A program made the translations under genes and the position numbers. Source: the human T2T-CHM13v2.0 reference genome, Homo sapiens. From it: 64,000 nucleotides of DNA. The stretch lies in assembly GCF_009914755.1 (NCBI RefSeq), contig NC_060928.1; one strand, given 5' to 3'. The notes beneath the pieces were generated by a model that had not been told where the DNA came from, did no database searches, and saw nothing but the letters and a program-made list of their open reading frames with translations. Of this stretch, positions 55,835 through 64,000 are shown piece by piece. The first letter of the stretch is position 1; each line of letters starts with the position of its first letter.

Positions 55835-56025
55835 TCATTTATTAAGTACCCATGTGGTCATGTATCTGACACTTTACACACATCGTGCTGTTAACCATGA
55901 TAACAATCCTATATATTAGGTATTATTCTCTGGATTTCACAAACAAGGAAATTGCTTAATCACACACAAGTAGCATGTGGCAGAGTTGGGATTTGAATCC
56001 AGGTCTGTCTGGCTCTAAAGTTCAT
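55835..56025 (-). mobile_element. MIR SINE
   Basis: aacaatcctata..taggtattatt...gtggcagagttgggatttgaatccaggtctgtctggctctaaag. Confidence 0.7.
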
Positions 56026-56784
56026 TGGAGAAAAAAAGTAATATTATTTCTTGGTCTTGTACCTACACTGGGTGTAGATTATAAGGAAATCACTTATTCC
56101 ACCAATGCTTCAATTTCTTCACTTCTAAATTACCTTCCTACAGCTGAAAGAAATTTAAATACTGTGATAGTAAATTAAATGATGAATTTGAGGGGGAAAT
56201 TATGTAAATTCGTGTTGGGATTCTATCAAAATTGCACCAAAATATTTCATGAGATTTCTTGGAAAATCAACTATTAGAAGTCAACATTTGCTCTTCAAAT
56301 TGAGGTCAATTACTGGCAATTATAGACTATGATATATAATCATTTTTTGTCACAATTTTATTAGGACTTCAAGATGTATTTGCAAATCTACTTTTATTAA
56401 ACTGATAGGTGATTTTGCATGGGATTAAGTAGAAAATTTAAAAAAAGCCTCCTTTTGAGTTGTTTTCATTTAATTTCACAGTAAAAGGTTCTGATTAGTT
56501 ATTTGCTTTTAAAAATGTACACAGTTATTATCTTGGTGAGAACAAGACTTATTTCTAGGATAGGCTTTGGGGAAATCTCCCCCCCCACCACATTCTTCTT
56601 GTTCATTTGCTTATTTAATTGATAGCAATGATAATACTTATTGAGTATATATAATAAAGTTCTCATCAAGTTGTAATGGGACATGGAGCAATGAAGATTT
56701 TTAGAAGTTATATTAGTATTTTTTCTTAATTTAAAGTGTTTTATTTGCAAGTTGAGAGTGGAATGTATTCTATAACTTTGGAAT

Positions 56785-56886
56785 TGTGTTATAAGAATGA
56801 GTTGAAAGTGAATTGTGTTATAAGAATGAGTTGAAAGTGTGTTATAAGAATGAGTTGAAAGTTGTGTTATAAGAATGAGTTGAAAG
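56785..56886. repeat. Minisatellite: 4 identical copies of a 24-bp unit
   Basis: tgtgttataagaatgagttgaaag at 56785, 56814, 56838 and 56863. Confidence 0.95.
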
Positions 56887-58369
56887 TGAAACATAGTGTA
56901 AAACTGAGCATGCTTTCCCTGGTGGTCTGTGGGTAAAGACTGCAGTGTAGGAGGAGATTGGACAGCCTAGTCATCCCTCTCATTTTTGAGCCTTCTGCTT
57001 GGGCACTCAGCAGCCTGTTTCTGAAGGGAAGTCCAACTACGGAAGTTGCAACACTTAGTCAAGAACCATGTATGCACAAAGATGTCTGGACACCAAACCA
57101 AATACACTGTGATTAAAAATACAAGTCACAGCCAGAATAACATGGCACTGTATAATGTGTTACATTCTAGAACTCTACAAACATGGGAAATCTGAGTCAA
57201 CAGTTTTTAAAACCTGCATGGAATTGTCTTTATGTTAACTTCCCAGAACCCCTTCATCAGTATGTCAGTATTTCCAGAAACCACATTAACATAAAGTAGA
57301 TTGGTGCTGTCTTGAGTTTTATCTGGACAGATGCTCTTCTTATGTCTTAGTGTCTACTTATATGTGAAAATTCAAAAGTTTTATTGGTTTGCTCTTCCCA
57401 TTTTGAGTCTAAATAAAAATGTTCAGCCATATCTATTTAAATGTGGTAGTTTCCATAGAATCATTATTATTATTTAAAACCCATTATCTTTTTCTTTATC
57501 ACTCCTCTGATTTCTCTTCTTAGCTCAGTTCACAAATCCTTTCTTGGCTAGAATCATTATCTTTAAATAAATGACTTGCATTATTAATGACACTCTTCAC
57601 CAGCACCATAAAGCTGAGTTTTTATTATAAATAAATTTATATATTTATTAATTATAAAGAACTTCTTTTGACCATTGCATGGGTGACTAATAGCTTAGGT
57701 TTACAGCTGTCAAATTTGTGCAATTGTGGCAAAAATAGTCCCAATTGTATGGCTTGAGGTAAGTTTTAAGAAGACAGTTGAAAGAAAAAGAAAATTTTAA
57801 TTGAAAAAAGCTACTATGAGGGATTGACTTATTTTTGGAATCTAAAATCTTATACACACTCAATGTAATTTTTTTCCTATTTTATTACATTAATCTGTGT
57901 TTATATAAATGTTTTAATCTTTAAAAAATCAGAATTAATTCTTTCGTTACCTTTATTATCAAACTTAATTTTATTAGTCCCCTTATTCACCAATTGATTA
58001 AAAATAATGATATTTACACTATATTTTGACATCATCATGAATACAGAAAATATTTTATAGAAAGATTTAAGAGTCAGTGAAAGTACAAGCAAGTTAAGAC
58101 TTCTACTCATGCCATATTTAATGATCTACTTGTGTTTATATTTTTCCATTATGCCACTCTTTTTTATTTGTATTTCTCAAAATAATTTCTTCTTTACAAT
58201 AGTCTCAGTCACAGAGACATTATATACTAAAATAAAGTGTAAAGAAGACTTTTCTCAAATTCTGGATTTCTGCATAAATTGCTAGTGAAGTCATCAGCTA
58301 TTTGAGTGTGACCCTTTTGCTCCAAAGGTGAGCTGTGATTTTAAATGTTTATTGTGGAAAGTCTCAACA

Positions 58370-58497
58370 GAATCATCTGGTTCTATCCCATTCATAATAA
58401 GTCAGAATCCTGGGGTAGACTGGAAGGGAAAAGAGACCATAATCCATATATTTTTAAAGCTCCCTTGGTGATTCCAACCAGGGTTGGAAATGACTAG
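58370..58497. mobile_element. MER5-family relic
   Basis: aagtcagaatcctgggg...tatttttaaagctcccttggtgattc..ccagggttggaaatgact. Confidence 0.5.
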
Positions 58498-59564
58498 AAT
58501 AAACATTTCCATTCCCCCACCAACCCCTACTCTACTCCATCTTGAAATTTCAAGCGATCGTAGATTTACTTCTAATAATCAGTATGACTCTAATTTTTTC
58601 ATGTGTAGATAGGAGACACCCTGGCAACTTTCTGAAAGTTTAATAAGACTAATTGGTTTATGTAATAACCAATTAATTCTGAGCACAGAAAGGAGGAAAC
58701 AAGTGTTTAAGAGATAAGTTGCAAGACTTCATGATCTGCAGTTTGACTAACTTTGCCCTAATGGAATAATCTTCAGGAAATAAGGTTGTGTGTAAATGAC
58801 TTTTATGTAACTAAGCTCAAACAGGTGGAGAAGTTATCCAAGCTAAGTTTTTAAAGGAAGACCACTACATTGTGAATTTAAAATTATGTCTTAAACACGT
58901 TATGCTGTTTTGAAAGAACTCAAGTTAGTGTCCTAGGGATTTAATTGGTAGCTTAGCAGCCTTGGAGGCCTCAAACCTTTGGAGAGGTCAGCACTTCTAG
59001 GACTCCTAACACAAGTCAACAACTACCTTTTGTGTTTTGTACTTGACTTTGATAGATCTTTTCAAAATTATGTAATATGACATTAATTTAGTAAGAAAGA
59101 AGGAATAAGTAATTCATAGATGAGTTATCTCCCCTAATTCTTCAGATATTCTCTTTCAATACTCCTAACTCTTCAACTTCTCACAGTGCCAGGATCTTTT
59201 GTTTGGTTGGTTGGTCAGTTGTTCTGTTTCTGTTTTTGTTTTTTTCATGAAACTGCTCTCTCACTCTCTTTCTGGTTCACCACAGTTTCCAGAGCAGTCA
59301 GAAAGGGATTCCTTACTCAGTTGTACAGGATTCTGAAATGTACTTTTTAGCATGTACAGTTGGAATTCCTTCTTCCATGTTCCTTTACTTCATTAGCAAC
59401 TTTGCCAGGGAAAACTCTTTTTTCTCTCATTAGAGTTTCATTTATATCCAACTTAGCCTTTTTCTAGAGAAATTATTTCATTGTATATCATTATTATGTT
59501 GCTTATCATAGGGGAACACCTCAACAGAAAACAATGTAAGTAGTATTAAGGAAGAGAATATGTG

Positions 59565-59695
59565 GGCTGGGTGTGGTGGCTCATGTCTGTAATCCCAGCA
59601 CTTTGGGAGGCTGAGACGTGAGGAGAGCTTGAAGCCAGGAGTTGAAGACCAGGCCAGGCAGCATAGAGAGATCCCCATCTCTTTTAAAAAAAAAT
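59565..59695 (+). mobile_element. FLAM / Alu left monomer
   Basis: Single monomer ggctgggtgtggtggctcatg...atccccatctct plus A-tail. Confidence 0.85.
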
Positions 59696-62164
59696 CAGAG
59701 ATATGACAATCATTATAAACATGTATCTTAATCTAATCAATTTATTTGGTTAAGACTAATGGTGTTATTTCACATTAACCTATATTTCTTGGCTTTTTAT
59801 ATATTTTTGCATAGAGACTTATTAATTACCAATTTTAACTCACTTGTTTATAGTTTGTCTGTAAAAAAAGCCTTCAATTAAGACTGAAAATGACCTCTCT
59901 TTGTGTATTTGAATGTAATTAATGATGGTTTTTCCAAAAGTCTATTTTTTAGCGAAAAAACTTAATCTCTATGTTATTTTTTCATAAATAAATAATGTTA
60001 ACCTCACAAACATGAATTCTAATAATCTACTTTACTTTTATTATTATAAAGATCAAATATGATTTTTGCGTTTGAAACAAAGTTTAGCCGATAACCCTTT
60101 CAAGACATTCAGCAGGATAAGAGGTGGATGTGAAATCTAAGATTATAAAAAACAGGCAACATACCAGAAAGCTGTTTACTAAGTTAATAAAGTATATTTA
60201 TACAAAATTACCAGATACTTCTAAAGCTCCATAAAAACAAATTCAGGAGACCTCTGCTTAATTCTGTCTACTCACTACAACCTTGGGTAAACAAATGACC
60301 TCAGTTTTTGCATCTATAAAATGATAAGGATCTGAGATCTGTTAGAATTCTTCCTGTCTTTATGCTTCTGTGTCATTTTAATTGTTTCTTTGCTTCCCTT
60401 TATTATTATAAATGATTAAGACAGTTGGTAGAATTTCCAGGTTTTTCTTCATTTAAGATAAATTTTTTTTGAGCTGACACTATGTCGTAGACAGAGTACC
60501 TTTACCCAAGGAGCTCATAGACCTCCTTGGGTGATAGGAACTTTTCACAGATAATAAGAATGAAATGTTAGTTGTGCCACTATGTTAGAATTGAGATTGT
60601 CTATTTTTGTTTATATGACGCAAGTTTTCTTTAATAGGTGTTACCTGTGAGATGAAATAATGGAAGGAAATAGTTCCTGTTGTGGTGCATGAAATTTTAT
60701 GGAAGTTATTAAGACTGGGTATATACAAAATGAAGTAATCATATAAAGCTATATGGTTGTTTTGTATTTCAGATACTGATTTGAGCCATTTTGAAGGAAG
60801 AAATTTATTGTGGTTCCCTGAGAACCACAGTTGATTTCTCCTGAAGTTTATTCTCACTTTTCTTTTAGGTACTCTGTACACTGATAATACCAGGAGTTAG
60901 AAATTCACAGAGAAATATCATCATTGTTTAATTAATCATTTTACAAAGATCTGATGGCAGTAATGACAGCTGCCTTTAAATTGCAGGGTGCTGTAATAAA
61001 CAAAAGTCCACAGTAAACGCTTAAACCTCAGCAATTCACAAACCTTTCAATTGTACAGCTTAGTGAAAATAAATCTCCTGAGTTCTTCTACAGGTAGTAG
61101 TACAAACTTCCTTATTTATGGCTCCTGCCTCAAACTGGGCCAGAATGCTTAATTAAACCATGTCACATCCTAAAATGACTGAAACCAATAAAATGTAAGT
61201 GGAACAGGTTACCTGGAAACAGTAACTTCTTTGAGGACAGAGGTTACTTAGGAAATGAGCTTTCGTTCAGGGTGGTCACCTACAAAACATGGGGCTTCAC
61301 TGTGGGCTCCGAGGGACAGGAATCAAAGCCTGGGTGTGGGTGGGAGAGAGAAAAGCCATCTGTGAAATCACACGTTTCCATTACTGGGGAGAAGGGAGAC
61401 AACAAAGGACCCAGTAGCAGATGCCAATTCTCTGACTACAAACACATTATCGAATATAAGGGCCCTTGTATATAACATCAAGCACTCATACTCAGTCTTT
61501 CAACACAAGGGACAATATTTTAGAACTTTCAGCTTTCATACTAGAAAAGAGAACCAAAATATAAAAGAAGACTTTGTAATATGCTAATATGACAAATATT
61601 TTGCCATTGAAGGAAACTTGATGATTAAGACTAATTCCCATTAATCACTGTAATTGGCCTTCACATGAGGGCCTTCTGGGTTATGTATTCTTTAGTAAGT
61701 TGTATAAGAGCATCTGAAACAATTTAGTCACTCCAATGATCTTTAAAAGTTTGTAAAACTTTATTTTTGATCAAGAAATTCAGAGAATGATGCTTCTTAG
61801 TTTTAATCACATTTTCACTTACAATCAAACAGAAGCTCTTTTAAATTATGCTTGTTTTATTTATCTTCTTTCATGTCTTAGAAAAACATTTGCCATGCTT
61901 CACTTTTCCATCAAGCATCCTCCCTATTTCCAAAGTCGGTTCAGATGTATATAATATATATAATTCAGGGTATTGCAGTCCCTTGGATGGAAGAATTATT
62001 TGTTGAATAACTGCTATGAGCCAAATTTTAAATTGAGAGATAAAGATTATTTACTGAGTAAAAAAATATTTTCTCTCAAGTAACTTCCCTTTTAGATAGA
62101 TATTTAAGGTCAATGGCAATGGAAAAATTAGAGTACAGAGCTAGATTAGGTATCATAACTTTTA

Positions 62165-62262
62165 AATTTTCTTTCTTTTTTTGTTTTTTTTTTTAATACA
62201 TAGTAGATGTGTATATTTACAGGGTACATGAGATGTTTTTATACAGGCATGTAATATGAAAT
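62165..62262 (-). mobile_element. L1MA 3' end fragment
   Basis: T-rich tail then tacatagtagatgtgtatatttacagggtacatgagatgtttt. Confidence 0.7.
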
Positions 62263-62889
62263 AGCTGGTTGCTTTTAAGAGAGATTGTGGACTTGAGGAT
62301 AGGTAGGTGGTAGGGTTGGCTTAGGTGGAGAGGGTACCTCAGAGGTTGAACATAGAAGCTGGTGAACAGCTTGGCATGATCAAAGTGGAAGGAAGGGGTT
62401 GGAAATAAAGTTGGAGCACTTACAGAGCAAAGAAGTAGCTGAACTCAGTGAAGCAAAAAATAAGCAGGTATGGAAGGTTCCTGTGATGAAGAAAGACTAT
62501 GAGGGGGAAGTGAAGTGTCAAGGTCACCCAGAAGACTGTTATGGTAATCCAAGAGAGATGAACAGGGCTTGGATTGGAATGGTCATACCAGAAGAGCAGC
62601 AGGGAGGAAAACAGGATGGTTATCAGCACTCAACTAGGAATAAAGAAAAAAGAGAAGAGTGAATAAAAATAACTTTAAAGTTATATATTTCAATGATATT
62701 AAAAAATGCTTGTCATCAACAGAAATACAAATTTCATGTGCAAGTCAGAAGGAAAGTAAAAACACATTGCTTTATATGTGGTAAGTTTGAAGTGGTGGCA
62801 GGATGATGTTTATTTTCATTAATTGCAGAGACTTTATATGTAAAAAGCCAATAAATAAAAATGTGATCTTTCTCTTTGGGTATAGTAGG

Positions 62890-63105
62890 AAGAGAATGAA
62901 GTTTAGAGTTTGGAGTCCTTAATTCAAATCTTAGCTCTACCAAATTCTGGATGTCTGATCCCTGGCCTCAGTTGTCTCATCTGTAAACTGAGTTAATAAT
63001 GATAATTATTTTTAAATGCACACGTATACGAAACAGAGTAATTCTAAGGATTAAAATGAAATGATGCTTTTGAAAGCACTTATGTGCACAGTAATATTAC
63101 TTATT
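62890..63105 (+). mobile_element. MIR SINE
   Basis: ttcaaatcttagctctacc...gcctcagttgtctcatctgtaaa...aaggattaaaatgaa. Confidence 0.7.
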
Positions 63106-63182
63106 ATATCACCATAGTCCCCCTTTTTATGTGAGAGGACAAAAGGAAATATGCTTAGTAAAATGATTAAAAATGTCCATGA

Positions 63183-63496
<314 letters not shown>

Positions 63497-63509
63497 GAAC
63501 TCGTTGTTT

Positions 63510-64000
63510 TTAATATATACACAGATAGATATAAAAACAAATACGTAGAGTTGTACGTTGTGTGTATACAGACATGTATTTCCTACCTCCCTTCACTTAG
63601 AGGGCCTAGAAGCAAGGATACTTCAGTAGCAATGAGCAAACCTAGCCTGCATCTTGGTTTCCAAACATAATTTTCCAACAGAAGAAAATATAACTTCTTG
63701 GGAAAATGGCTGATTTGAGTAAGAACAGGCTCGGAAAATGATGGGGCATATCAACCTGAAGCAGCTCCCAATGACTGAATACACAGAAATCTGAGCAACA
63801 AAATAACTAATAAAAACAAATAATAACTCATAGAATAAAAGAAATAGCCCGGGGTCTTTACTAATAGAAATAAATAATTGAATAAACAAGTAAATAAGTG
63901 GAGGAGAAGGGACAGATTTTTTTATAGTAGAATTCCAGTGAACAAATCTAGAAGAAATATGGAAATTATAACTAGTACAAAGGCAATCAGCAATCTAGCT
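63510..64000 (+). mobile_element. Old L1 (L1MC4/L1MD-like) 3' region, runs off the window end
   Basis: gagggcctagaagcaaggatac..cagtagcaatgagc...cttgggaaaatggctgatt resembles an L1M 3' UTR. Confidence 0.65.

Noticed and set aside
56785-56886. CRISPR-like direct repeats ending in GTTGAAAG
   Set aside because: Spacers are only 0-5 nt, there are no cas genes and the context is primate; this is a minisatellite.

Overview
Human/primate genomic DNA: AT-rich and dense in Alu, L1, L2, MIR, THE1, MLT1 and MER elements. It is best interpreted as part of the large first-intron region of ANK2 (ankyrin-B) on the + strand. Two anchors support this. (1) A 43-codon alternative first coding exon at 52008-52136 (MAHAAASIKKVREADLDEKEKNLERDRKKQRKIPRERMERKRK, phase-0 GT donor) is paralogous to the ANK3 'MAHAASQLKK...RDRKKK' and ANK1 'MAQAAKQLKK...' N-termini; it is too short to appear in the ORF track. 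(2) The miR-1243 sequence lies at about 41585-41606. The most notable observation is that mature miR-1243 sits on the 3' arm of a near-perfect ~32-bp hairpin (41539-41615) with canonical Drosha/Dicer geometry, shifted ~42 nt upstream of the precursor I recall being annotated. Other items: a CAG tract and uORFs ahead of the alternative exon, a candidate intronic terminal exon, cryptic exons, recurrent RFX X-boxes, a young AluYe-type insertion, an L1-in-Alu nested insertion and small local duplications. Nearly all ORFs in the supplied track are spurious or repeat-derived. Gene, miRNA and repeat-subfamily names come from recall, not database searches, and boundaries of old repeats are approximate.
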